NCBI RefSeq assembly: GCF_006345805.1
Contig: NC_043012.1
Span: forward strand, 8,122,001-8,186,000
DNA: 64,000 nt
DNA from: Octopus sinensis
Lineage: Eukaryota
Direction of reading: 5' to 3'
The position numbers and the translations under genes are program-made. Positions 1 to 13,500 of the stretch are shown one piece after another (within the stretch, counting starts at the first letter, position 1; the number at the start of each line of letters is the position of its first letter). The notes under the pieces are model-generated. The model was not told the DNA's origin. It saw only the letters and a list, made by a program, of their open reading frames with translations, and made no database searches.

Positions 1-81
1 AGTAAATAACATTAAAGGGAGACATGTCTGAGGGATATTCAGCCACTTATGCATTCACTCAGGGGCAGGTAATTCAGTTGA

Positions 82-480
82 GGAGGAGTGGCTGTGTAGT
101 AAGTAGCTTGTTTACCAACCACATGGTTCCGGGTCCAGTCCCACTGCGTGGCACCTTGGGCAAGTGTCTTCTACTATAGCCTCGGGCTGACCAAAGCCTT
201 GTGAGTGGATTTGGTAGACGGAAACTGAAAGAAGCCCGTCGTATATATGTATGTATATATATAGGTGCATGTGTGTGTTTGTGTGTCTGTGTTTGTCCCC
301 CTAGCATTGCTTGACAACCGATGCTGCTGTGTTTATGTCCCCGTTACTTAGCGGTTCGGCAAAAGAGACTGATAGAATAAGTACTGGGCTTACAAAAGAA
401 TAAGTCCTGGGGTCGAGTTGCTCGACTAAAGGCGGTGCTCCAGCATGGCCGCAGTCAAATGACTGAAACAAGTAAAAGAG
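82..480 (+). mobile_element. SINE family A (tRNA head, CORE-like domain, internal (TA/TG)n), full length
   Basis: A/B-box-like head GTGGCTGTGTAGTAAG...GGTCCAGTCC; MIR-like GGCACCTTGGGCAAGT; tail TGACTGAAACAAGTAAAAGAG; more than 20 copies in the window. Confidence 0.9.
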
Positions 481-1044
481 ACTGAATCCTTATCGTCAAA
501 TGACAGAGAGCCACCATCACACAAACACATGTAAATGCACACACACACACACACACACACAGTGATAACATATGTAAATGAGTGTGTATACGTGTGTGCA
601 TTTGTATGTATGCTTATTTTTGCTGTCTAAACAATTAAATAGACAGCCACTAGGTAAAAATACAAATAACTTTCATGATTATTTAATTTACTTCCAGAGA
701 AAAGATGCATTTATTTTTTTTTAATTATTCAGCATTTAAATGAGATTTAGTTAAAATAGATAATTAACTGATTAAAACTGTCCATGTATTTTCATAATCT
801 ACTTAGAGGTGGTGATTGATGTGATGGTGGCAGTGGTGGTGGTCGTGGTGGAGTGAGATTTAAGAACATTACATATCACTGCAATGACTCAGCCTTTTGT
901 ACTGCAACTTTCAAAACTACAAATTCATATAAAAAAAAAAGACCATCATCATCATCATCACTACAAATGATTAACGTTGTTGCTTTTATCATTGTCAGTA
1001 CTATCATTGTTGTTGTTGTTGTCGTTATTTATTTATTATTATAG

Positions 1045-2038
1045 CAGTGAGCAGGCAGAACTGGTTAGCATGCAGGACAACAAAAATGCTAAGTAGCATT
1101 TTTGTTATGCCTTTAAGATTTGGAATCCAAATCCCACCAAGGTGAACTTTGCTTTTCGTTCTTTCAGAGTCAATAAAATTAGTACCAGAGGAAAAGTAGG
1201 GTCAGTGTAATCAACTAATCTCCTCCCAGAAAATTACTGACCTTATGTCAAAATTTGAAAACACCATTATTTTCATTATTATTATTATTATTATTATTAT
1301 CATCATCACCATCATCATTATTACTATTATTAGGTTTTCTCCTTTCAATTTTGCTTCCATTTCTTGTCGAGTGTCTTCCTGACACCTAGAGCAAAGAAAC
1401 TCACTGTATACATTGAAACACCGTTAAAATAAACACACCAGACTGTTCTTTTACATAATGAAATGATGTTATGTAGGAAAAAAAAATTATTTACATGGTT
1501 TACTTCTCACAGCGACAATATCCTTCTCAAAACGTATGACATACCAGTTAAAACAATCTTTTGCACTTCTTACAAGGATAGTAAGCCAGGGGTCATTCTC
1601 AGATTATTATTAAAGTAGTGAGAGGGCAGAATCATTAGCACATTGGGCAAAATGCTTAACTCTATTTCATCCGCTGTTATAATCTGGGTTCAAATTACAC
1701 CAAGGTCAACTTTGCCCTTCATCCTTTCAGGGGTCAATAAAACGAGTACCAGTTGAACACTGGTTTCAATGTAATCAACCCATCCCCTCCCCCAAAATTG
1801 CTGGCCTTGTGCCAAAATTTGAAACCATTATTATTATTATTATTAATGTGGCAAGCTTGCAGAATCGTTAGCAGTATTTCATCTGTCTTTAGGCTCTGAC
1901 TTCAAATTCTGCCAGGGTTGACCTCGCTTTTCATTCTTTCATGGTTAATAAAAATAAGTACCAGTTATGCACTGGGGTCGATGTAATCGATTAGCCCCCT
2001 CCCCCAAAATTTCAGGCCTTGTGCTTATTGTAGAAAGG

Positions 2039-2079
<41 letters not shown>

Positions 2080-2290
2080 GGCAGTGAGCTGGTAGAATCA
2101 TTAGCACACTGGGCAAAATGCTTAACTGTATTCCGTTCATCGTTACATTCTGAGTTCAAATTCCACTGAGGTTGACTTTGCCTTTCATCCTTTCAGGGTC
2201 AATAAAATAAGTACCAGTTGAACATTAGGGTCAATGTAATCAAATCATACCTTCCTTCAAAATTGCTGGCCTTGTGGCAAAATTTGAAAC

Positions 2291-2292
<2 letters not shown>
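1045..2292 (+). mobile_element. Head-to-tail array of four SINE family B copies (~210 bp) linked by (TTA)n, with an R4 remnant inside
   Basis: Unit GAGCTGGCAGAATCGTTAGC...GAGTTCAAATTC...GACTTTGCCTTTCATCCTTTC.GGGTCGATAAAATAAGTACCAG...GTGCCAAAATTTGAAACC. The central block resembles the Meta/MESC SINE domain (from memory). Confidence 0.85.
1333..1602 (-). mobile_element. 3' end of an R4/Dong-type RLE non-LTR retrotransposon
   Basis: Minus strand PGLLSL*EVQKIVLTGMSYVLRRILSL*, then a 3' UTR and (TAA)n-type tail. Typical R4-clade C-terminus. Confidence 0.7.
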
Positions 2293-2321
<29 letters not shown>

Positions 2322-3049
2322 GTTATTATTGTTGTTATTAAAATCTAGGTGGACGGGGTTTAGACATGTTACAAAGCAGCAGTTAATGCCCTCGAATATT
2401 CAGTCCCCTTTTTTTTTTGCATGTTCTAAATTTAAATCTAACAAGGAATAGGTCAGGAGGTAGCAGTGGAGGTGTGTGGCAGGGTGATGTTTTTCCCTTC
2501 CAAACTTCTCAAATTAATTAAGTAATTATTAGTCACACACAAATTAATTAATAATTAGTCATACGCAAATAACATTACAAAGTTGTGGCATCGTGCCAAT
2601 GTTACAAAACATTAGTTTCGCAACTAATAAGCAATTAACAGATTAAAAATTATCAACAAATTCACAACTTTATAACAAGTGGAGGAGAGTGGGTAGATTT
2701 GCTGGAGCAGCAGACAAAATGCTTTGTAGCATTTATTCTGACACTCTGTACTCTGAGTTCAAATTCTGCTGAGGTCAACCTTTTATTTTTTTTCTTCATT
2801 TTGAGGGTTGATAAAAAGAAAGCACCAAATTGTCATGGAGGATTGGTGGAACTATAGGAACATGGGATTGGATGCCTTGTGGTATTTGTTTGGGATTTTT
2901 TTGTGTTTTGAGTCCAAATCAAGTGGTAAACTTAATACAGTAATATCTGATACCTTCCGTAATTTTAATGGAGCCCCATCTGCCAGAAGGATGACAACCC
3001 TCCTTCCAATCAGTCATGGAAGTCCTGTCAACCTGTCACTAAAAACCCC

Positions 3050-3400
3050 ACCATATGGTTCCAGGTTCAGTCCCACTTTATGGCACTATGGGCAAGTGTC
3101 TTCTACTATAGCCTCAAGCTGACCAAAGCCCTGTGAGTGGATTTGGTAAACGGAAACTGAAAGAAGCCTGCTGTATATATGTGTGTGTGTGTGTATTTTG
3201 TAACCCCCTCACCACTTGACAACCAGTGTTGGTGTGTTTGTGCCCACGTAACTTAGCAGTTCCGCAAAAGGAGACCAATAGAATAAGTACGAGGCTTAAA
3301 AAATAAGTACTGATTTATTTGACAAAAGAAAAAAACGAAAAAAAATCAAGGTGGTGCCCCAGCATGGCCACAGTCTAATGACAGAAACAAGTAAAAGAAA
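3050..3400 (+). mobile_element. SINE family A, 5'-truncated
   Basis: Colinear with 82-480. Confidence 0.85.
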
Positions 3401-3469
3401 AAAACAAACAAACAAAACCAACTAGTTTCACATTAGTCACACTAAATGCATTTTTGTAATATATACTAA

Positions 3470-3920
3470 TGTGGTAAGCTGGTTGCATCGTAACCATGCC
3501 AGGCAAAATGCTCAGTAGCTTTTCGCCCATCTTTATGTTCTGAGTTCAAATTCTTCCAAAGTCAGCTTTGCTTTTCATCCTTTTGGGATCAATAAAATAA
3601 GTACCAGTTATGTACCGGGGATCGATTTAATTGATTTACCCCTTCCCCTGAACTTGTTGGTCTTGTGCCAAAATTTGAAACCAATATTAGACATATATAA
3701 GGTGGTGAGTGAGCAGGTAGAGCCATTAGCAAACTGGACAAATTGCTTTGTGGCACTTCTCTTGATTTTTTGCATTCTCAGTTCAAATGCTGCTGAGGTC
3801 AACCTTGCTTTTCATCCATTAGGAGCAATAAAATAAGTACCAATTGCAAACTAGGGCTGATGTAATCGAGTAGTCCCCAGCTCCCAAATTTCAGGCTTTG
3901 TATCTACTACAATGGACAGA
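3470..3920 (+). mobile_element. Two tandem SINE B copies
   Basis: Same unit. Confidence 0.8.
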
Positions 3921-4399
3921 AATATTACCCATTTCTATAATTCTAATAAAGAACTCTGTCTATGCCATGTTCTTGAAATCATCTTTTTATTCTGTTTTAT
4001 TGTTCTCAATACAAACTAAACTCTATTTACTCACAATATTGACCGTTCTTGTGTACAAACGAAATATAAGATTCCTAATCTCTTTGTTCACTGTTGAGTC
4101 TGGCTGGTTGAATAGTGACTAACTTGATCACAATATCAATACCACAGCATTAATAACAGGTTCTAAGAGAGGGGGTGGAGCAGAGAGGTACCACTGTGGC
4201 TTCACTGTCTGTACATGTGTGTATGTAATATGTATGTATATATATGTATGCATGTATGTTTAGATTGTTCTATGCTTTACATGTACATCTGGTGGGGATC
4301 ACTGTTAGCACTCAAATAATTAAGACGTATATTAATGATAGAGCGATTGCTAATGAAACGGGAATCAGACAGACTGAAGAATTAGTTGGATCAATTGTT

Positions 4400-4403
4400 A
4401 TAA

Positions 4404-4446
<43 letters not shown>

Positions 4447-4611
4447 CAGCTGTAGGTTAGCCAAAATTGGATTCAATAGAAACTTTGTAAAATGAACTGA
4501 TATATCTATATACACACACATACACACATACAGACGTGCATGCTTGTGCAAGTAAATATACATACTTGTGTATGTTTATGTGTGTACATATATCATCATC
4601 TATCTAGGGAA

Positions 4612-4645
<34 letters not shown>

Positions 4646-4684
4646 CTGTATGTATATATACATGTATATATATATATATATATG

Positions 4685-4740
<56 letters not shown>

Positions 4741-4782
4741 TATATACACTCACACACACACACACATACATATATACATATA

Positions 4783-4823
<41 letters not shown>

Positions 4824-4885
4824 TATACACACACACATATATATATATACACATATATATATACACTCACACACACACATACATA
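4400..4885. repeat. Compound (TG)n/(TA)n/(CA)n microsatellite block, representative of dozens in the window
   Basis: Read directly. Confidence 0.95.
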
Positions 4886-5265
4886 AATAGGGGAGAGACA
4901 GAGGGAGCCAATATTTGTGTATGGTGGCAGATGTCACTCAAATAGGCAGATGTTTGAATATCCATAAATTATTTAAAAATACTGACAGAAATGAAGACCT
5001 CACAGCAAAGCATGACCGTGACATTTCTGTTTAACCTGGCAACCAATTTTTTCCAAAGGATATTGATTGACAGGGAAACGAAAGATTAAGAACAAGAAAG
5101 TGTTTCCAACAGACACTTCAGACCCAATGTTCTGCAGAAATGCTGCAAGTTAATAAAAAAGATGAGATCTGGTTTCATTCAGATCTTCCTGGGTTAGCTA
5201 GGTCTACAACTCCATCAATCAAATATTAGGGTTCATGGCATCAGTTAACACCACTCCCCTTGAAA

Positions 5266-5555
5266 TTATTATTATTATTGATTTGACTCAGGTTCAGTCT
5301 TATTACTGGTAGGATTTATGTGGGTAGCGGCGATACTACCTGTAACTTTAGGTATCCACAAGCTTTCAATAGTCTTTTAAATGCTTAAGGCCCTCCTGAT
5401 AGTCTTTCCCGTCCCTTAGAGGTAAACTTTCTGTAGAAGCTCTACAGGACATTCTATTCAACCATCTATATCTTTGCTTATAGTTCCCAATGCACCAATT
5501 ATTATAGGTACAACCTTTATAATTTTCATATTCCAAATTCTTGCAATTTCAAGGG
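5266..5555 (-). mobile_element. 3' end of a second R4/Dong-type retrotransposon
   Basis: Minus strand LEIARIWNMKIIKVVPIIIGALGTISKDIDG*IECPVELLQKVYL*GTGKTIRRALSI*, then a UTR and (TAA)n. Confidence 0.82.
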
Positions 5556-5666
5556 ATTGTATTTTTGGCAGAATTGTCAAAGCATTAAACAAAATATTCT
5601 GTTATGTCTAAGGAGAGTCATTTTCTTTTTGTGCCTTATAATTTAACACACTCACCGGTAAAATAG

Positions 5667-5768
5667 CCACTTATTTCTTATTTTTATTTTCCTAAAATAG
5701 TCTTGACTATTGAAAAGGTTGCAAGACGCAATGGAAATTTTAGGAAAATAAAAATAAGAAATAAGTGG
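5667..5768. repeat. Perfect 32-bp inverted repeat with a 38-nt structured spacer
   Basis: CCACTTATTTCTTATTTTTATTTTCCTAAAAT (5667-5698) and its reverse complement (5737-5768). Confidence 0.85.
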
Positions 5769-6415
5769 AAAATGACTCTCCCCAGACACAACAGAATATG
5801 CTTCAACACACGAACTCATATAAAGAATCTTGCAAACCAAATCCAAAAACGAAACAAAATATTGTCATATTTTTACTGCATTTCTCCTTTTTTAGTGAGT
5901 TGAAATCCTACCAAGGTCACCTTTGCCTTTCAGTCTTTCAGGGTACCCTTCAAGTACTGGTGGGGGGTCAATGCTCCTTACTCCACTGCTAGAAACTGTT
6001 ATTATTATTATTATTTTATTAGAACCATTACTTTTTAACAATATTCTATGAGTCTTCATTAATTACACTGTGTATTCACTGCATAACTGAGTAAACTTCC
6101 ACAAGACTCACTCGAAATATAAACACGTTTAGAATTAACTGTTGGAAACAAGGTACTCAATACTGTGGTAATGATTAACGATATTTATTTTGGTCAAGTG
6201 AGCTTCTTTCTATAAAACTAGTTTTTAAACAACCAATGGCTATGGGGTTTCACCAGAATAAACTAATGATCAAAAGGTTCCTTAGATATAAAAAAATAAA
6301 AAAATGGTTGAGGACCACTGCCCTGGAATTTGTATGCCTGTGTGTCCCTTTATTTCACCCATTACCCCTATACTAAATGACAAACTCCCTGAGTGCAGAT
6401 TCTTGCAACCTGTAT

Positions 6416-6822
6416 ACTCTTTACTCTTTTACTTGATTCAGTCATTTGACTGTGGCCATGCTGGAGCACCGCCTTTAGTTGAGCAAATCGATCCCAGGAC
6501 TTATTCTTTGTAAGTCTAGTACTTATTCTATCGGTCTCTTTTGCCGAACCGCTAAGTTACGGTGACGTAAACACACCAGCATCGGTTGTCAAGCAATGCT
6601 AGGGGGACAAACACAGACACACAAACATATACACACACATATATATATATATATACATATATATATGACGGGCTTCTTTCAGTTTCCGTCTACCAAATCC
6701 ACTCACAAGGCTTTGGTCGGCCCGAGGCTATAGTAGAAGACACTTGCCCAAGGTACCACACAGTGGGACTGAACCCGGAACCATGTGGTTGGTAAGCAAG
6801 CTACTTACCACACAGCCACTCC
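6416..6822 (-). mobile_element. SINE family A, full length
   Basis: Reverse complement of 82-480, high identity. Confidence 0.9.
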
Positions 6823-7399
6823 TATGTATATTTATTAAAATTTTTTTTTTTTTTTTTTACATTTAGATAAATGATACTGCTGGTTCCTTCAGACATATAA
6901 TTGTCATCTGTTTGCATTAATAAATCTATTTGTAGACATTTTATTGTTTGATGGACTATAATCGTTATCTGCTAATATAATTGGCAGCGTGTCTCTATCT
7001 CCAGCTCTCTCTCTGTTTACCAAATCCCATGACATCTATATCAAAGTCAATTAGTTGCTATGATATTTTCTCTCTACATTTTTCATCAAACCAGTGACAA
7101 TCAAATACTGAGTTAGAAGTCTATGTTGCAGCCTTAGCTATCTGTGCAGAGAGGCTGGAGAGATACTCTTATACTTCAACATTACATATGAATGTGTGTG
7201 TGTGTGTGTGTATATACGTGCATGTGTGAGTGTACATATATAAATATACTGTGTGTGTACCTCAATATTTATTAAAGGTGAAACATACATTTCATCTAAT
7301 TGACTCGTTACAGTTTGCCACAAGCAATTAACTAAAGAAGTGAACATTTATCACCTGTGGAGTAGCGACAGGTATACTCTAGCAATAGTAGTAATAGTC

Positions 7400-7610
7400 C
7401 TTTCTATTATAGGTGCAAGGCCTAAATATTAGGAGAAGAGGTTAGTCAGTCACATGGACCCCTCCCCCAGTATTTAACTAGTACTTACTTTATCGGCCTC
7501 AAAAGGAAGAAAGGCAAAGTTGACCCTGGCAAATTTTGAATTCAGAACGTGAAGACGGCCGAAATACTCCAAGCACTTTGTCTAGCATTTTAACGATTCT
7601 ACCAGCTTGT
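7400..7610 (-). mobile_element. SINE B (another minus copy at 8420-8630)
   Basis: Reverse complement of the unit. Confidence 0.8.
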
Positions 7611-7635
7611 TGATTTAGTAGTAGTAGTAGTAGTA

Positions 7636-7686
<51 letters not shown>

Positions 7687-7689
<3 letters not shown>

Positions 7690-8128
7690 TCTTTTACTAG
7701 CCACAAGGGCTGACAAAAATCAATTATTACATAAAGGGACAAAACAGGATGAAAGGTTACAAAGGGTTTTGTCCGTTTGTGAAAAAATTGAGTAAAAAGG
7801 CAGTTTAACAACGAAAATATAACAACGAAAAACTCCCAATAGGAGGAGGCATTACAAAAGGTTCCTGGTGGAAAAAAACCATAAAAGCCAACGGGAGCCT
7901 GGTCAAAAGTGGGGTAGAAAGCCCCTTTCTCCTTTTATATTACCTTTTTAAATCACAGGTGTAACCTCAGAATGGCTCCTTTCACACTGGCCATTCTTGC
8001 GACATTTATCCACCTTTCAGCAAACTTGCTATCAGACAGCACTTCCCTCTCTACTCTCATCTTCCTTTTCAAGTGAAACTTGAAAAAGTTGATGAGGCCT
8101 GAGCCAAAGAGGAAAGTGTCTGACCTTA
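7687..8128 (-). mobile_element. 5'-truncated L1/Tx1-like LINE (ORF2 C-terminus 7953-8126 plus 3' UTR), inserted in a (TAA)n tract
   Basis: Open frame RSDTFLFGSGLINFFKFHLKRKMRVEREVLSDSKFAERWINVARMASVKGAILRLHL*, with the terminal FxxRW motif typical of Tx1 ORF2. Flanked by (TAA)n on both sides. Confidence 0.7.
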
Positions 8129-8943
8129 TATAATAATAATAATGGCAATGATGGACTATCCTCTCGAAGACGATGGATGAGCATTCAGCTTTTGCCGAAA
8201 AATCTGCACGAATGATTTGTTTATAGTGATCGAATGTGCGTGCTGCATATTAGCTCACTCTCTCCATCAAATCAAAATTGTCTGAAGAGGTGCACAAGTA
8301 TGCTACGCATCAGGGATTTGAAGTGATAGCAGAGCAACATAATGCACCACTCACTCCAGGAATTGAAATCACAATCTAGCGATTGTGAGCACAAACACAT
8401 GAACCACTAGGATTATCAATAATGGTTACAAATTTCGACACAAGGCCAGCAAGTTCAGGGGAGGTAAGTCATTTACATTGACCTCAGTACTCAACTGGTA
8501 GTTATTTTACTGACCCTGGAAGGACGAAAGGTGAAGTCAACCTCAGCGGGATTTGAACTCAGAATGTAAAGGTGGATGAAATGTCACTAAGTGCACTGCT
8601 GAGCATGTTAATGATTCTGCCAGCTCACCAATTGAAATTTAAACATTTAATGTGAAATATCTAAAAGAATTTCTTCCTGACCATTTTCTTTATTTCTGAA
8701 AGTTTTGTATTTTTTCTGTTATTTTCTTTTACTTGTTTCAGTCAATTGACTGTGGCCATGCTGGAGCATCTACCACAGGACTTATTCTTTGTAAGCCTAG
8801 TACTTATTCCAATCAGTCTCCTTTTGTCAAACTGCTAAGTTACGGGGACATAAACAGACCAACATCAGTTGTCAAGCGATGGTGAGGGGGGACAAACACA
8901 GACACACAAATATATACATATATATATGTATGTATATATATAT

Positions 8944-8976
<33 letters not shown>

Positions 8977-8977
8977 C

Positions 8978-9633
8978 ACCATCATCATCATCATCATTTA
9001 ACATCCGCTTTCCATGCTGGCATGGGTTGGACAGTTGAGGGCTGGTGAACCAGAAGGCTGCACCAGTCTCCAGTTTGATCTGGCAAAGTTTCTACAGCTG
9101 GATGCCCTTCCTAACGCCAACCACCCTGAGAGTCTAGTGAGTGCTTTTACATGCCACCGGCACAAGGGCCAGTCAGGCAGTACTAGTATCGGCTACGCTC
9201 AAATGGTGCTTTTTATGTGCCACCTGCACAGGAGCCAGTCTGGCGGCACTGGCAATGATCAAGCTCAAACGGTGCTTTTAACGTTCCACTGGCACAGGTG
9301 CCAATCAGGCGGTACTGTCATCAGACACGACAGTGATTTCACTCAACAGGTCTTCGCAAGCATAGTTTATTGTCCAATGATGGAAGGGTAATCTTAACTG
9401 GGCTGGTTATACAGCACTGGCATAGGCCACAGTTATGGTCTCACTTGGCTTGCTAGGTCTTCTCAAGCACAGCACATCTCAAAGGTCTCAGTCACTTGTC
9501 ATTGCCTCAGTGAGGCCCAATGTTCGATGGTCATGCTTCATAAGTATAACAACCCATCAGCTGGTCAGCTCCTGTCAAACCATCCAACCCATGCCAGCAT
9601 GGAAAATGGATATTAAATGATGATGATGATGAT
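8978..9633. mobile_element. Family E (RTE-related non-autonomous element, (TGA)n tail): long minus copy 8978-9540 facing a short plus 3' end
   Basis: Motifs GGTTGGCGTTAGGAAGGGCATCCAGC and CCAACCCATGCCAGCATGGAAA..GGA.GTTAAATGATGATG; internal ~35-40 bp subrepeats. Confidence 0.8.
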
Positions 9634-10811
9634 GGTATACCCCCACCCACCCAAAGGAAGGAAAGACAAAGTTTATGTAAAGTAACAAGACCGATGGCTA
9701 TGTTACACAGTTTTACAGTGGCACAGAAGACCAGACGTGGCACGTGTAGTAATTATGTCAATGGTGCGTGTGTGTGTGTGTGTTACAAATGAACGTTGTT
9801 AATTCATTCTTAACGACCCAAAACATCACCAGTGGACACAGTTCAAACTATTTATGAAATATCACACATGATTCTCCCTGGTGTTTCCATGACAACAGAA
9901 ATGATGAGTGTTTGATAAATATTAAATTGTAAAGATGAAGAATTTCTTTCATTTCCAGAGATGTGATGGGAGAGCATTCTCCTCAATTATTCATGCAATG
10001 CTTGGAGAAGTTGAATTTGAAATGTCACTTTATACTTCGGTTATTCCACAGACATCTTGATATGGTAAATTGCAGAGGAATTCTACACTTGCTGTAATTC
10101 CATTTCACAGCAGCGGATATTGTTAAATATCATCGACAATTTTCAGTTCCTCAGAGAGTTCACATTAAGAATTACTATCCTATGTATTTCGTGTTTGTCT
10201 CTGCTTTGCCATAAAGTCAAAACTCATTCCCATCAACTCCAACCACCACCACCACCACCACCACTACTACTACTACTACTACAACTGCCGCCGCCGCCGC
10301 CGCACTGATGGTCTGAATGTGACAACAAAAATAGATTGATTTATTGGTTTGTGCCATCTGGCAAAAGCTAAGCTTCTGATGAACAGAGACAGCCAAGTTG
10401 TTTGCTAACCTCTCCACCACAATGCAATCTAACAAGGTGATACCCTGTTAAACCCCCACTACAATTTTTTTTTTTTTATATATCTCTGAATATTTTACAA
10501 TGCCAGTTTTTAAGCAACAGTTTCATTCCGTGAACACATCTAAAATATTTAACCACAAATACTTAACTAAACCTACCCAATTAAAAAGACATTTACCCCA
10601 AAATATGTAACTAAAACTAACCAAAAATGCTTAACTAAAAAGATTCAACTAAAAGATGTTGAACTAGAAAAACTAAACTACCTCTAGTTAAGTATTTATT
10701 AACTATTTTAACTGGAAATACTTAACTATAGCCATAGACTGACTTTTAACCCTGTTTAAGTGTTTTTCTGTGAGAAGCTAATAGTGAAATTAAAAATAAA
10801 ACAGCAGTTAC

Positions 10812-10899
10812 CTGGGTGGGGCCCAATCATGTTTTGTAGCATCTAGTAGCGTTCCGACATACGTTTTCCCTCTCCATGTGACGTTGATAACAAGGACAC
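10812..10899 (-). CDS. ZNF608/ZNF609: Next coding exon (88 bp, phase 1 in, phase 2 out) of the same ZNF608/ZNF609-like gene
   Basis: Minus strand: cattctttgtttatctacag|GT GTC CTT...CCC AG|gtaact. Translates (G)[28 protein letters not shown](R), matching the family motif [30 protein letters not shown]. Phase is compatible with the 26167 exon. Confidence 0.96.
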
Positions 10900-10969
10900 C
10901 TGTAGATAAACAAAGAATGATAAATATATTATTACAGAAGCAATAGAAAGAAGATTATCCGGTAAATAT

Positions 10970-12310
10970 TAATTTCAAATTTTGGCACAAGGCCAGCAGT
11001 TTTTGAGGGGAGGTGTAAGACAGTTATATCGACCCCCACTCCCCAGTGCTCAACAGGTACTTATTTTAACCCTGGAAAGATGAAAGGCAAAGTTGAACTA
11101 GGTGGAATTTGATCCCAGAATGTAAAGATGAATGAAATGTCACCTAGCGTGCTAACAATTCTGCCAGCTTACTGCCGCCTTAATCCTGGAATTTGAACCC
11201 AGAATGTAAAGATGAACAAAATGCTGCTAAGCCATTAGCCCAGGGAGCTAACGATTCTGCCAGCTCACCATGTTGCTGATCTAGTAAATATAACATTATT
11301 AGACTATAATAACAATTACAAGAATTACTAGAAATAATGGTTTCAAATTTTGGCACAAGGCCGGCAATTTTGGGGAAGGGGGCAAGTCGATTACACCAAC
11401 CACCCCCTGCTCAACTGGTACTTATTTTATTGACCCTGAAAGGATGAAAGGCAAAATCAATTTCAGCGGAATTTGAACTCGGAACGTAAAGACTGATGAA
11501 ATGCCACCAAGCATTTTGCCCAGTGTGCTAACGATTCTGCCAGCTCGTCACCTTTAATTGGTAGAAATAATGGTAAATGTTACAACAGTTGGTAGAGATA
11601 AAGACAGAAGATTGTACTAATTGGCAGAAATAACCCGAGAATTATAAATTGTCAGCAAAAATGTGCTGTAATGGAACTAGAATTCCAACCTGATAGATCT
11701 GATTAAAGATTGATGTTGTTGTCGTTGTTGTTGCTGCTAAGCTCCGACTTCAGATCAGGTACATACACACACAATTAGCCTTCAAGCTTCTGGATTTAGT
11801 GCTTAATGCATCAAGTATTTAACTTACAAAAAAACAAATAATCCTTAATGAAATTCAATTGTTACAGTTGATCTGTTTTTATCTTAAATTGTTTATAAAT
11901 ACATCTTAATTAGCTGAATAATTACTACACAATAATTGATGATGAGGACAAATGCAGAGAATGTTGCTGATATTAGCAAGAATATTGGTTTCAAATTTTT
12001 GTACAAGGCCAGCAATGTTAGGGGAAGTGATCTAGTTGGTTACATTGATGCCAGTGATTAACTAATGTTTATTTTATCAACCCCCAAAGGATGAAAAGCA
12101 TAGTCGACTTCAGTGGAATTTGGTCTTGGAACCATAAAGACACATGAAATTCCACAAAGCAATTTTAACCAGAAACACTGCCAGATCAGACTGGAGCCTG
12201 GTGCAGCCTTCTGGCTTCCCAGATCCCCAGTCGAACTGTCCAACCCATGCTAGCATGGAGAACGGACGTTAAATGATGATGATGATGATGATGTGTTAAC
12301 TATTCTGCCA
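10970..12310 (-). mobile_element. Cluster of minus-strand SINE B copies; the last is interrupted by a family E 3' end (12172-12292)
   Basis: Copies at ~10970-11180, 11185-11270, 11337-11555 and 11985-12310. Confidence 0.82.
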
Positions 12311-13255
12311 GCTCGCCACCTTAGCAAGAATTTTGATGATATTAGGTTGTTTATTGCAACAACACACACAACAGGGATTAAAGAAGTCAGAATTCCACAT
12401 TGGAATTGCAACGGAAGACCTGAATTTTCAATCATTATTTCTTATCCGCTGTCTATGCTTCACTGCCATGTATCATCACACAAGCATCACATATAAATCT
12501 CCTACATTCACCATCTATTTTTCACTACCACACACCACTGTGCACACACACACACACACCTCCTACTTACTGTCCCCTTACAATCACAGTCTCATATCAA
12601 TTCCCTCTCATTCTAAAAGGACAGATTCTTTGTTGCTACTGAATCATGTTCACTGCACCATGCCACTCTCTTCTAAACCATCTGCCTCAGCCGTCTCCAC
12701 CACCACCACCACCACCACCACCATCCATTAAAGCCATCCCCGTACTAATTATGTCACCTAGGTAACAAGACATCTCATTAGTCCCCAGTGCGCATTTTAC
12801 TCTGCCTCTACATTACTACACAGCTTAAGTAGGTACACACACACACACACACACAAACACACACATATTTGTGTGTGTGTGTGTGAGATAGATATATAGA
12901 GAGGGAGGTGTGTACACACACACACACACACAAATAAAATAACATATATTATACATACAGACACACACACTCTCGCACAAATGTGCTTATGTAAGTAAAT
13001 ATTTTTGTTGAGCATGTATACACTCAACGTTAATATGTAAGATATTTATGCATGGGTCACAACATATGTATGTCCCCAGACACACAGACACACACATGTA
13101 TGTATAATCAATCATCCAATGACAGCTGTGATAGAATATTAAACACACCTCCAGATACACTCAGACACAGAGTGTCTTGTTAGCATGAGAGAGCAGACTA
13201 GAAATCACCACATCTATTATAGATAACATATATGCATAAAACAAAAGGCTGAGTT

Positions 13256-13323
<68 letters not shown>

Positions 13324-13463
13324 GCACACACAATGTGGTTTGCTAACATAACGAGAACTCTGTTTATGATTTCCTGATCAGTGATTTTAAACCCCTACTG
13401 CAGGGGTTTTTGTAGCTGTAAATGCCGGAAATATTCACCTCTACACAGGTATGCACATGATGC

Positions 13464-13500
<37 letters not shown>

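Larger units (their letters stand above)
1..10811 (-). other. Probable downstream intron (at least 10.8 kb); next exon not found
   Basis: Donor at 10811. The expected continuation (FCESP-like, then a long ORF) is not seen on the minus strand. Confidence 0.6.

Noticed and set aside
74-307. Recurrent peptide family (ASFSFRLPNPLTRLWSARGYSRRHLPKVP / QIHSQGFGRPEAIVEDTCPR)
   Set aside because: Antisense reading of SINE family A, not a gene family.
4540-4945. YI/HT/CV-rich ORFs here and throughout
   Set aside because: Translations of dinucleotide microsatellites.
10217-10445. Alternative terminal exon on the minus strand (would give ...WAPPR-VSPC*)
   Set aside because: The AG at ~10446 lacks a polypyrimidine tract, and there is no other support.
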